In this document: piece by piece, positions 34,213-42,448 of the stretch
Layout of the letters: each line of letters begins with the position of its first letter
Numbering within the stretch: the first letter of the stretch is position 1
Source of the DNA: an uncultured Planctomycetaceae bacterium
GTDB lineage: Bacteria; Planctomycetota; Phycisphaerae; SM23-33
Assembly (NCBI GenBank): GCA_964625865.1
Contig: CAZVEV010000001.1
Coordinates: forward strand, 1 to 62,053
DNA length: 62,053 nucleotides
Direction of reading: 5' to 3'
The notes under the pieces: model-generated
The model's database searches: none
Told to the model about the DNA's origin: nothing
The model's input: only the letters and a program-made list of their open reading frames with translations
Program-made: the position numbers and the translations under genes

Positions 34213-34954
34213 ATGGGTGATGCCCCCAAGGCAATCAACATTTTCTCCGCGCGTGCGTGTGCCGCGCCGCTGGAAGAAGCCGCCGAAATCTTCACGACCC
34301 AGACCGGTATCGACGTCAACATCAGTGTCTCGCGCAGACGCCGAGGAAGCCGATCCGGAGTCCGGGGGGCATGACTTCCTGGTGGAGATCGCCGAGTACG
34401 GCATTCACGATCTGGCCATCGGCGGGGCCGAGTACCTGCTCGATGACGGCGAGGTCAAGGGGATTGTCCTCAAGGGCGAGCGGCGCCTGATTGCATATCG
34501 CGAGTCGGCCATCGTCGTACCGAAGGACAATCCCGCCAATGTGCGAACGCTCGAGGACCTGGCCCGACCGGGTGTCCGCGTGGGCTTGTCGGTCATCGAC
34601 TGCCTCAAGGGCCTGTGGGAAGACGTCTCCGGGCGCGCGGGCCTGACCGATGAGATCCGGAAGAACGTCGCATTCTACGCCAGCGGGTGCGTGGCCATTG
34701 TGGAAGCGGTGGCTGAGAAGATCGTCGACGCCGCCTTCGGCTGGACGGCCTTCGGGCATCTGGGCGACGACCGCCTGGAGGTCATCCAACTTCCGCCCGA
34801 GCATCGCATCTATCGCGGCACGGGCGTGGGGATGCTGGAGTTCTGCAGGCAGCCGGAGTTGGCGAGGCAGTTCATGGACTTCCTGGTCACCGACGAGGCC
34901 CGCGCCTGCTACGAAAAGCACAAGTGGGTCCTGCCGTCGACGCTTCGAGGATAG
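34213..34954 (+). pseudogene. periplasmic-binding-protein-like (ModA/SBP_bac_11-like) gene split by a +1 frameshift near 34325-34340 (pseudogene or assembly error)
   Basis: The frame from ATG 34213 (AAAGGAC SD) reads MGDAPKAINIFSARACAAPLEEAAEIFTTQTGIDVNISV, a typical PBP beta-alpha-beta start. It then runs into RRRRGSRSGVRGA and TGA at 34372. The +1 frame (track ORF 34217-34954) is R/P/S junk up to about 34330. From there it reads a clean PBP body DAEEADPESGGHDFLVEIAEYGIHDLAIGGAEYLL...VVPKDNPANVRTLEDLARPGVRVGL... Confidence 0.6.
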
Positions 34955-34988
34955 AGGCCCGCGGCATCACGCGCCGCAGACATGAAGG

Positions 34989-35028
34989 CAGGGCGACGGA
35001 TAGTGGAGTCCGTCGCCCTGTCTTATGT
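34989..35028 (+). terminator. hairpin terminator candidate between the convergent PBP-like and H1-like genes
   Basis: CAGGGCGACGGA (34989-35000), 8-nt loop, TCCGTCGCCCTG (35009-35020), a 12-bp perfect stem. Followed by TCTTATGT. Confidence 0.45.
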
Positions 35029-35049
35029 CGAGTCTGCGGATGGGGCCGG

Positions 35050-35949
35050 CTACTTCACCGCGTACTTGCCTCGCCCGACCTGCTTGAACGCGGGGTTCTT
35101 GGCGAGCATCTGGTTGACATTGAGTTTGAAGTTCTTGGCCTTGGACTTGTATCCCTTGGCCAGGACGGCGGCGGTCGCTTCGGCGATGCCGACGGCCTTC
35201 TTGCCCTTGAGAATGTCGATCAGGACCGACTTGAGAGAGCCCGTCGCGGCGGCCTTCTTGGCCTTGGCCTTCGGTGCGGCCTTCTTGGGGGCCTTCTTCT
35301 TCGCAGCCTTCTTGGGCGCCTTGCGTGCGGCCTTCTTGGGCGCGGCGGCCTTCTTCGGCTTGGGAGCGGCCTTCTTGGGTGCAGCCTTGGCCTGGCCGGT
35401 CAGGGCGTAGACGCCGCGTGCGACCTTCACGAAACGCGGGTCGCGGAGGAGCGTCTGGTTGACGATCGTCTGGAACTGCTTTGACTTGGACGTGTACCCG
35501 GTGGCCAGGACCAGCTTGGTCGCCTCGGGCACGCTGACGCCGGCCTTGCCGGACAGGACCTTCACAAGAATGCCTGCCAGTCCGCCTGCGGGAGCGGCCT
35601 TCTTGGCCTTGGGGGCTTTTTTGGCTGCCGGGGCCTTCTTAGGTGCGACCTTCTTCGGCGCCGCCTTTTTCGGTGCGGCCTTGGCCTTGGGGGCCTTCTT
35701 CGCGGGCGTGGCGGCCGCGGGGGCGCCGGCCAGCGCCGCAATCGCGTCGTCAAGGGCCTTGAGGGCCGCGCGGGCCTTGGCCTCGGAGGCCGTCGCCTGG
35801 ACCTGTACGGCCGTGGCGTTCTTGAGGGCCTTGGTTGCCTTACGAAGTTTGGCAGCAGCCTTGGCCTGCCTGGCCTTCAGTGAAGCCATCTGGCCTCGCT
35901 TGGCCTTCAATGCCTGCTGCAGTTCCGCAATCGTCTGTCCTTTTGCCAT
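35050..35949 (-). CDS. Lys/Ala-rich histone H1-like DNA-binding protein with two winged-helix-like modules
   Basis: GAAGGAGAA SD. N-terminal coiled-coil-like AELQQALKAKRGQMASLKARQAKAAAKLRKATKALK. Two KKAAPKK-type low-complexity tracts, each followed by a ~60-aa module (LAGILVKVLSGKAGVSVPEATKLVLATGYTSKSKQFQTIVNQTLLRDPRFVKVARGVYAL and LKSVLIDILKGKKAVGIAEATAAVLAKGYKSKAKNFKLNVNQMLAKNPAFKQVGRGKYAV). Confidence 0.8.
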   Translation of the reverse strand: MAKGQTIAELQQALKAKRGQMASLKARQAKAAAKLRKATKALKNATAVQVQATASEAKARAALKALDDAIAALAGAPAAATPAKKAPKAKAAPKKAAPKKVAPKKAPAAKKAPKAKKAAPAGGLAGILVKVLSGKAGVSVPEATKLVLATGYTSKSKQFQTIVNQTLLRDPRFVKVARGVYALTGQAKAAPKKAAPKPKKAAAPKKAARKAPKKAAKKKAPKKAAPKAKAKKAAATGSLKSVLIDILKGKKAVGIAEATAAVLAKGYKSKAKNFKLNVNQMLAKNPAFKQVGRGKYAVK

Positions 35950-36306
35950 CGAGTTCTCCTTCGTGAACCAGTAGGTAGTGGCGTGTCGATTCGTCGCTGA
36001 ATATGCGAGCGCCGAAGCACTCTACTTCGCACAGCGTACACAAATGGCCGGGCCACGCAAGCCCCCCAATGGCGATTTCGTCAACTTTTTTTTTGAGGTC
36101 GTTTAGGTCCTTGACCTCGCAACGCAGCCTTCGGCCGCAACCAAGCACCAGACTCCGGATCGTTTTCAATACAGAGGCACGAATTATCCGAACCGTTGCC
36201 GAGCTCTCGCGCGGCGCGCGAAGACGTTGATGGACGGTAGTGCAGGGCACCGCCGACGCGTCGGGGGCGGCGAGGCGAACTTAGGTATCGCGGGATGGCG
36301 CCCGGG

Positions 36307-37155
36307 CTACGGCGCGTGATGCGGACTGTGGGCCCACTTGAGCTTCCGCGTCAGCGTCTCGAAGAACGCTCGCCCCGGGTGGGGGATGAACTTCAGACCC
36401 CACGGGGCCTTGCGGATCTCCACGACGTCGCCGTCGCACAGGCCGCTGGTGACCTGCCCGTCCACGCTGACCGCCGTGCCGGGATTCACGCGGGTGGCCG
36501 TCACGAAGATGGGCAGATCGCTGCGGACGACAATCGGGCGCATCGACAGCGAGTGGGGCGCCACGGGCGTGATGGCAATGGCGTCGAGCGTGGGCTCGAG
36601 GATGGGTCCGCCGGCTGACAGGTTGTACCCCGTGGAGCCCGCGGGGGTCGAGACGACAAGCCCGTCGCCTCCGTACCTCGCCACGCTGTGGTCCCCCTGG
36701 CTGACCAGGAGGTCGACCATCCGGAACGGCGGACCGGACACGATCGCCACGTCGTTGGCCGCCGGGGAGTGGAAGTTGTGCACCTGGCAACTGTCGACGC
36801 GGACCTCGAGCATCATCCGCTCGGCCGGCGTGATCTCGCCCGCGAAGAACTCGTCAACGTGACGCTTCATGTGCTCGACATCGAACTCGGCGAGGAAACC
36901 CAGCTTGCCCATGTTCACGCCCAGCAGGGGCACGCCCGCCCGGGCCAGCATCCGCGCTGCACACAACAGCGTCCCGTCGCCGCCAAACACCACGCACAGG
37001 TCGGCCGCGTCAGCCCCCGCGGGGGCGGGTTGGCCTACTTCCACTATCGCTACAATCCGCCCGCGCGCCGCAAACCAGGGTCCCAACGCCTCGATCTGCT
37101 CGGCTACGCCCGGCTTGGTCATGTTCGCCACGATGATGAACTTCTTGTCAGACAT
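36307..37155 (-). CDS. nadK: NAD kinase
   Basis: MSDKKFIIVANM... from ATG 37155. VVFGGDGTLL, GVNMGKLGFL and YGGDGLVVSTPAGSTGYNLSAGGPI signature blocks. The upstream part of track ORF 36307-37929 is R/P/G-rich and overlaps the next gene. Confidence 0.9.
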   Translation of the reverse strand: MSDKKFIIVANMTKPGVAEQIEALGPWFAARGRIVAIVEVGQPAPAGADAADLCVVFGGDGTLLCAARMLARAGVPLLGVNMGKLGFLAEFDVEHMKRHVDEFFAGEITPAERMMLEVRVDSCQVHNFHSPAANDVAIVSGPPFRMVDLLVSQGDHSVARYGGDGLVVSTPAGSTGYNLSAGGPILEPTLDAIAITPVAPHSLSMRPIVVRSDLPIFVTATRVNPGTAVSVDGQVTSGLCDGDVVEIRKAPWGLKFIPHPGRAFFETLTRKLKWAHSPHHAP

Positions 37156-37232
37156 GACCTGTATCCTACCGCAGACGGCGGCGATTGCAATGCCCGCTCG
37201 TCGGGAGATGCCGCAAAGGCCTCCGACGCGGT

Positions 37233-38681
37233 CTATTCGCTGTCGGCGGTCTTGCTGCTGCCGAGGTAGAGGTTCTTGCCCGGGGTGACCGTCAGGTCCG
37301 GGTCGATCCGGGCGGCCAACTCGTCGGCGCTGTCGGCGAACAGGGGGGAGATCTCGATGGCGGCGGCGACCTGTCCGTCGGCGTCTCGCGGCACGGCGAT
37401 GCCCGCATCCTCGAGCCATCCCGCCGCCCGCCTGACCTGGTCGTGCAGGCTGGTGGCGGGTGAGTCGTCGCCCTCGGCGTTCTTGACGGGGCTGAACTCC
37501 TCGCTGCGGTCGGTCTCGAGGATCACCGTCTCGGCGGCCAGCGGCATCGCGTCGAAGATGAACATCTCGAGCTTGACCGCGTTGGGTTCGTCGGGCCGGA
37601 CGGTCCGCCCGGTGGAGTCGACGAAGGGCACGGTCTTCTCGGCGCGGTGGAAGGGCAGTTGGCACCGTCCGTCGGCGGTCAAGCGCTCGACGAACGCTCG
37701 GCTGAGGATGTGGATTGCAATGGAGCCGTCGGCGAAGCGGAGGTGCCCGTCGTCGGTCGTCTGCCGGGCCAGGTCCTCCGGCATGTCGGAGTATTCGATG
37801 ACCGTCGTCTTGCCGTCGACCACGCAGAAGTTGCCCAACTTCTCCATCGGGTCGCGCTTGGGCAGGGCCTTGGCGCTCATCTCGGCCCCGTGCAGGTCGT
37901 GCAGGCCCAGGAACAGCGGGTCGACGCACCGCACCAGCGGATTGTCGACCTGGAAGTAGCTGATCAATTCCACGCCGCGATCGGCCATATCCGACAACGC
38001 CCCGCTGCGCTGCAGGGCCAGCAGCGACCCGCCGTGCCCGTCCGGGCTGGTGGCCAGGGCCGACGGCTTGGCCAGCAGCAGCTTGCCGTCCAACCCGATC
38101 GCCGGCATCGTGCCCTGGGCGAAGAACACCACGTCGCCGGCGTCCATGCCAAAGTTGTCATGCTGGCGGAAGAACGCGCGGGTGGCCACGTCGTTGGCCG
38201 GCGAGGTCATGATATACCACGGGATGCTCGCCCCCGCCCGTTTCGAGGCGGCGAGAATCTGCTCTGCGAAGACCTGGAACAGGGGCTTGCGCGCGATCGG
38301 AGTGGCCTCGAAGCAGCCCTTGGGGCCCTCGTAGCCCAGCCGCGTGCCCTGGCCCCCGGCGACGACGAACGCCGCAACCTTGCCCTGGGCCAGCAACTCC
38401 GCCCCGCGCTGCAGGGCCTCAGCGTATTGACGGGCTTGATCCTCATCGGCAGGCTTGTGCGGGAAGATGCGCGGGGGAGTGATCTCGCTGTCGGTCACGG
38501 AAGCCGGCTGCGGGCTCCGCACGTACTGCTCGACCAACCGGTCAAGCTCGGCCAGATCCAGCGCCGCAACCTGCTCACACAGTGCCGCCCGCCCGGCCTC
38601 GGGAAGATCGTCAACGAACCGCAACACATGCGCCTGGTCGTGTTCAGCCAACGCCTGGCGAATCAATTCAACGTCTGGCAT
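37233..38681 (-). CDS. UDPGP-family UDP-sugar / UDP-N-acetylglucosamine pyrophosphorylase (eukaryotic UAP-like type)
   Basis: ATG 38681 with GGAGAC upstream. AAFVVAGGQGTRLGYEGPKGCFE nucleotide-binding loop, WYIMTS, SPDGHGG and ISYFQVDNPL blocks. Confidence 0.8.
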   Translation of the reverse strand: MPDVELIRQALAEHDQAHVLRFVDDLPEAGRAALCEQVAALDLAELDRLVEQYVRSPQPASVTDSEITPPRIFPHKPADEDQARQYAEALQRGAELLAQGKVAAFVVAGGQGTRLGYEGPKGCFEATPIARKPLFQVFAEQILAASKRAGASIPWYIMTSPANDVATRAFFRQHDNFGMDAGDVVFFAQGTMPAIGLDGKLLLAKPSALATSPDGHGGSLLALQRSGALSDMADRGVELISYFQVDNPLVRCVDPLFLGLHDLHGAEMSAKALPKRDPMEKLGNFCVVDGKTTVIEYSDMPEDLARQTTDDGHLRFADGSIAIHILSRAFVERLTADGRCQLPFHRAEKTVPFVDSTGRTVRPDEPNAVKLEMFIFDAMPLAAETVILETDRSEEFSPVKNAEGDDSPATSLHDQVRRAAGWLEDAGIAVPRDADGQVAAAIEISPLFADSADELAARIDPDLTVTPGKNLYLGSSKTADSE

Positions 38682-38752
38682 GGATGTCTCCACAGTGTCC
38701 GCCGGCCCGTCGGCCCGCCCGGGCCGAGAGTCAAGCATGCGATCCGCCGCGT

Positions 38753-38781
38753 AGATTACCTGGTTAGGCCACCGCAGTCAA
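38753..38781 (-). promoter_or_regulatory. candidate sigma70-type promoter for the UDPGP/nadK genes
   Basis: On the minus strand: TTGACT (38776-38781), 17-nt spacer, TAATCT (38753-38758). About 70 nt upstream of ATG 38681. Confidence 0.4.
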
Positions 38782-38901
38782 TTCCGCAGACGTTACCTGT
38801 CGTGGGGGCGTTTCAGAGCGGGACCCGCCCGGACCGTCCGGCTGCGAAGACGACTCAGTCCGGCTCGGAGTGACACGTCGCATTTTTTTTTGCCAACGCT
38901 G

Positions 38902-38931
38902 TTGACATCGCGTGCGCAAGGGCGGTAGTAT
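38902..38931 (+). promoter_or_regulatory. candidate sigma70-type promoter upstream of pseudopilin copy 1
   Basis: T9 tract (38884-38891), then TTGACA (38902-38907), 18-nt spacer, TAGTAT (38926-38931). It lies ~460 nt upstream of ATG 39394. Confidence 0.35.
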
Positions 38932-39393
38932 TCGTATAGTGGCGGTGGGCAAGAGAGTGATTTACACCGCATTCATGGGTTCTTCAGGCAATCAGCCTAC
39001 TCTCGGAACCCCCCGCCGCGGATGAGTGCCGACATGCATCGTGGACAGGGCATGGTCCGTATCGTCGGCTCCGCCCGTTTGAGTTTGCCCGGACGGAACC
39101 CGGCGAAGACGATCACGTGTTTTGTTTGCCTTGGCCGCTGTGTGTCGGTAGGATGTGCGGCCTTGTCGTGTCGATGATGACGGGGCAAGCGTGTGCTGTG
39201 TGATATTCTGACGGTTTCCGGGCGGAGTTGCCCGGACGCAGATATTTTCCCCATGGTAAGGTCGGCTAAAGAAGTGTCGGCCGAGTCTGGTGCCGGACCT
39301 GCAGCGACGACGGGCATTGAACGAACTGATACGTAAGTAATCCCTTCGCGTCGGTGTACTACGGGCCAGGCGGCAACGTAAGGAGTTCGCATC

Positions 39394-40080
<687 letters not shown>

Positions 40081-40114
40081 CGGACCGCCACCGTTTGACA
40101 GATCAACTGTTCTC

Positions 40115-40150
40115 GGCGGGCCCGCCTCAGGCGGGCCCGCTGTTTTTCTT
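40115..40150 (+). terminator. intrinsic terminator after pseudopilin copy 1
   Basis: GGCGGGCCCGCC tca GGCGGGCCCGCT GC-rich hairpin followed by TGTTTTTCTT. Confidence 0.6.
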
Positions 40151-40164
40151 ACACAGAATGGGGG

Positions 40165-40193
40165 TTGACAGTTCCGGGCTTTCAACCTATAAT
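40165..40193 (+). promoter_or_regulatory. sigma70-type promoter for pseudopilin copy 2
   Basis: TTGACA (40165-40170), 17-nt spacer, TATAAT (40188-40193). Perfect consensus, about 60 nt upstream of ATG 40257 and just after the copy-1 terminator. Confidence 0.55.
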
Positions 40194-40256
40194 CTCAATA
40201 GAGTTAGATAAGCGCTGAAGGAGGCGCAAGGAACCAACCTGAGTGGAGGAAGCACG

Positions 40257-40946
40257 ATGCAATCCAAGAGGGCATTCACACTTATCGAACTGCTGGTGGT
40301 TATTGCCATTATCGCGCTGCTGGTCTCGATCCTGGCGCCGAGTTTGACCAGGATCATGGATGGCGCCAAGCACACCAAGTGCAAGGCGAATCTCGACTCG
40401 CTTCGCAAGTCGATGATGGGCTACGGCGCAGAGAACAACGGCGACTACCCCAGTGAGGCCCTCACGGGCCAGACCGGACAGGCCGAAGTCCTGATGGTCT
40501 TCGCCTATGAACAGGGCGTCAGCGGCGATCTGTTCGTCTGCCCAGCCGTCACGCCGACGGCGACCAGTGACAATCCGATTGACCCGCAGCCGGCTCCGAC
40601 TACGGGCACGGTAACGGCAACTGCTGGTGAAGAAGGCAGTTACTCCTACCAGGACGCCAACGACACTGACAGAGTGATCACCGACGAGAGCAAGAATGAC
40701 GTGGTGTTCCTGGCCGACAGGAAGGGCTCGGGTACGACCGTCAGCACGAGTCACAACGAGGGCGAGTTCATGTTCTACGCGACCAAGAGCGGAGTGTACA
40801 GGTCGCCGGGATGGGGTACCGCCGGTACGCCGGATCCGGCAACGTTCGGGCGCCTGAAGAACAACATCTACACTTCCGAGGACAGCATGGCCGCCGACCC
40901 GAACTGGCTTCCGCGTGACGACAGTTATCTGCTGCAGGTCGATTGA
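40257..40946 (+). CDS. prepilin-type N-terminal cleavage/methylation domain protein (pseudopilin-like), copy 2
   Basis: GGAGGA SD. MQSKRA|[24 protein letters not shown], with Ala rather than Gly at -1. Nearly identical to copy 1 along the whole length, with scattered substitutions. Confidence 0.85.
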   Translation: MQSKRAFTLIELLVVIAIIALLVSILAPSLTRIMDGAKHTKCKANLDSLRKSMMGYGAENNGDYPSEALTGQTGQAEVLMVFAYEQGVSGDLFVCPAVTPTATSDNPIDPQPAPTTGTVTATAGEEGSYSYQDANDTDRVITDESKNDVVFLADRKGSGTTVSTSHNEGEFMFYATKSGVYRSPGWGTAGTPDPATFGRLKNNIYTSEDSMAADPNWLPRDDSYLLQVD

Positions 40947-40980
40947 CGGACCGCCTCCGTTTGACAGATCAGCCGTTCTC

Positions 40981-41015
40981 AGCGGGCTCGCCTCGGGCGG
41001 GCCCGCTGTTCTTTT
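40981..41015 (+). terminator. intrinsic terminator after pseudopilin copy 2
   Basis: AGCGGGCTCGCC tcg GGCGGGCCCGCT hairpin followed by GTTCTTTTGG. Homologous to the copy-1 terminator. Confidence 0.55.
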
Positions 41016-41183
41016 GGGGCACGGGATTCGAGGACCGAAGGAGGGCAGGGGCTGCCCGGGTCGTGCCATCATCTGAGGGGGGCCGTTTTCCGCGTGGTCA
41101 ACCGGTCGGGGGGAAGGTATAATCGGGGCAGGAAAGGGCAGGTGTCCGCGCTGAGCGGATGCGGACTGAAACGAGGGACGGTT

Positions 41184-42149
41184 GTGGAACTGAGCATAGC
41201 AGTTGAGAATCCCGGCAAGGCTGCCGCGCTGTACGGCCCGGCGGACCGGCACTTGAAGCTGATCCGCGAAGCGCTCGGCGTACAGGTCTTTGCGCGGAGC
41301 GGCGAGATCAGGGTCACCGGTTCGGCCAAGAACGTCACGCACGCCGCGGCGGTCATCGAGCGGCTCCAGCGTGCGATTCGTCACGATCAGCCGGTCAGTG
41401 TAGCCAGCGTCGCCGAGGCGATCGGGACCGCTGCCGGTGGGGGCCCCGGGCGAGACTCGGGCGTGCTGGACGTCTATGTTGCCGGCCAGGTCGTCCGGGC
41501 CAAGACCCCCGGGCAGAAGCGCTACATCGAGGCGATGCGTCGGTGCGACCTGGTGTTCTGCACGGGCCCGGCCGGCACGGGCAAGACGTACCTGGCGGTC
41601 GCCTTTGCGGTCCACATGCTCAAGCACAAGCAGGCCAAGCGGTTAATTCTCGTCCGTCCGGCCGTGGAGGCCGGCGAGAAGTTGGGCTTTCTCCCGGGCG
41701 ACATGCAGGCGAAGGTCAACCCGTACCTCCGCCCGTTGTTCGACGCGCTGCACGACATGATGGAGTACGAGCAGATACGGCGCTTCATGACCAACGACCT
41801 GATCGAGGTGATTCCGCTGGCGTTCATGCGCGGGCGAACGCTGAACGAGTCGGTGGTCATCCTTGACGAGGCCCAGAACACCACGACGGCCCAGATGCTG
41901 ATGTTCTTGACGCGGATGGGGCACGGCTCGAAAATGATCGTCACCGGTGATGACAGCCAGGTCGACCTGCCGGACGGCACGGTCAGCGGCCTGTCCGACG
42001 CCAAGCGGCGGCTGGCCGGCATCAAGGGCCTGAGCGTGGTCCGACTGGCCGCCGGCGACATCGTGCGCCACCGCCTGGTGCAGAACATCGTTGCCGCGTA
42101 CGATCCGTCGGCCCCGTCGGCTGGGCCGACGGGAAATACGAAATCCTAA
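41184..42149 (+). CDS. phoH: PhoH-family ATPase (YbeZ-like)
   Basis: GTG 41184 with GAGGGA upstream; the track start 41094 adds an R/G-rich extension. Walker A CTGPAGTGKTYLAV, LILVRPAVEAGEKLGFLPGD, VILDEAQNTT and KMIVTGDDSQVDLP. Confidence 0.85.
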   Translation: MELSIAVENPGKAAALYGPADRHLKLIREALGVQVFARSGEIRVTGSAKNVTHAAAVIERLQRAIRHDQPVSVASVAEAIGTAAGGGPGRDSGVLDVYVAGQVVRAKTPGQKRYIEAMRRCDLVFCTGPAGTGKTYLAVAFAVHMLKHKQAKRLILVRPAVEAGEKLGFLPGDMQAKVNPYLRPLFDALHDMMEYEQIRRFMTNDLIEVIPLAFMRGRTLNESVVILDEAQNTTTAQMLMFLTRMGHGSKMIVTGDDSQVDLPDGTVSGLSDAKRRLAGIKGLSVVRLAAGDIVRHRLVQNIVAAYDPSAPSAGPTGNTKS

Positions 42150-42442
42150 GTTCGAAATACTAAACAAATCCGAATACGGAAACAGAAAATGTCCGAAACA
42201 AGGATAGATGCGTCGCATGCCTCACCTGTGGACGGTGGGGCTTCGCGCAGAGTCTACGATCTGGAGGATAGGACGTTCGGATTTCATTCCGGTGCAACGG
42301 ACAGTCAGATGAGCCACACCGATACAGGGAAAGCCCCCCGACTGCGTCGGGGGGATCCCCGCGACACAGTCACGGGGCGTGTGGTATTGTCTGTTTCCGT
42401 ATTCGGATGTGTTTAGTATTTCGAGACTAGGATTTCGGATTT
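42134..42442. mobile_element. MITE-like element (~309 bp) with ~52-bp terminal inverted repeats, between phoH and the 7TM-HD gene
   Basis: The left arm 42134-42185 and the reverse complement of 42391-42442 agree at 47 of 52 positions by my alignment. The interior carries a family 4 unit. The left arm supplies the last codons and the TAA (42147-42149) of phoH. The right arm ends 6 nt before ATG 42449. No transposase is present. Confidence 0.65.
42330..42365. repeat. repeat family 4, copy 1 (CCCCCCGAC.GCGTCGGGGGGATCCCCGCGAC)
   Basis: AAAGCCCCCCGACTGCGTCGGGGGGATCCCCGCGAC. 9-bp G/C stem. Confidence 0.8.
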
Positions 42443-42448
42443 AACCTG

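Noticed and set aside
35230-35720. GCCTTCTTGG-type nucleotide repeats as an intergenic tandem repeat.
   Set aside because: They are the reverse strand of in-frame KKAAPKK codons of the H1-like protein, which makes them a coding low-complexity region.
37156-37929. Upstream 258 codons of track ORF 36307-37929 (a 540-aa nadK).
   Set aside because: R/P/G/D-rich, and it overlaps the 3' half of the UDPGP gene in another frame. NAD kinase homology begins at MSDKKFIIV (ATG 37155).
42189-42416. 75-aa ORF inside the MITE-like element between phoH and the 7TM-HD gene.
   Set aside because: No SD, and it spans a family 4 palindrome and the right inverted terminus. Its composition is not protein-like. 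It is too small to encode a transposase.
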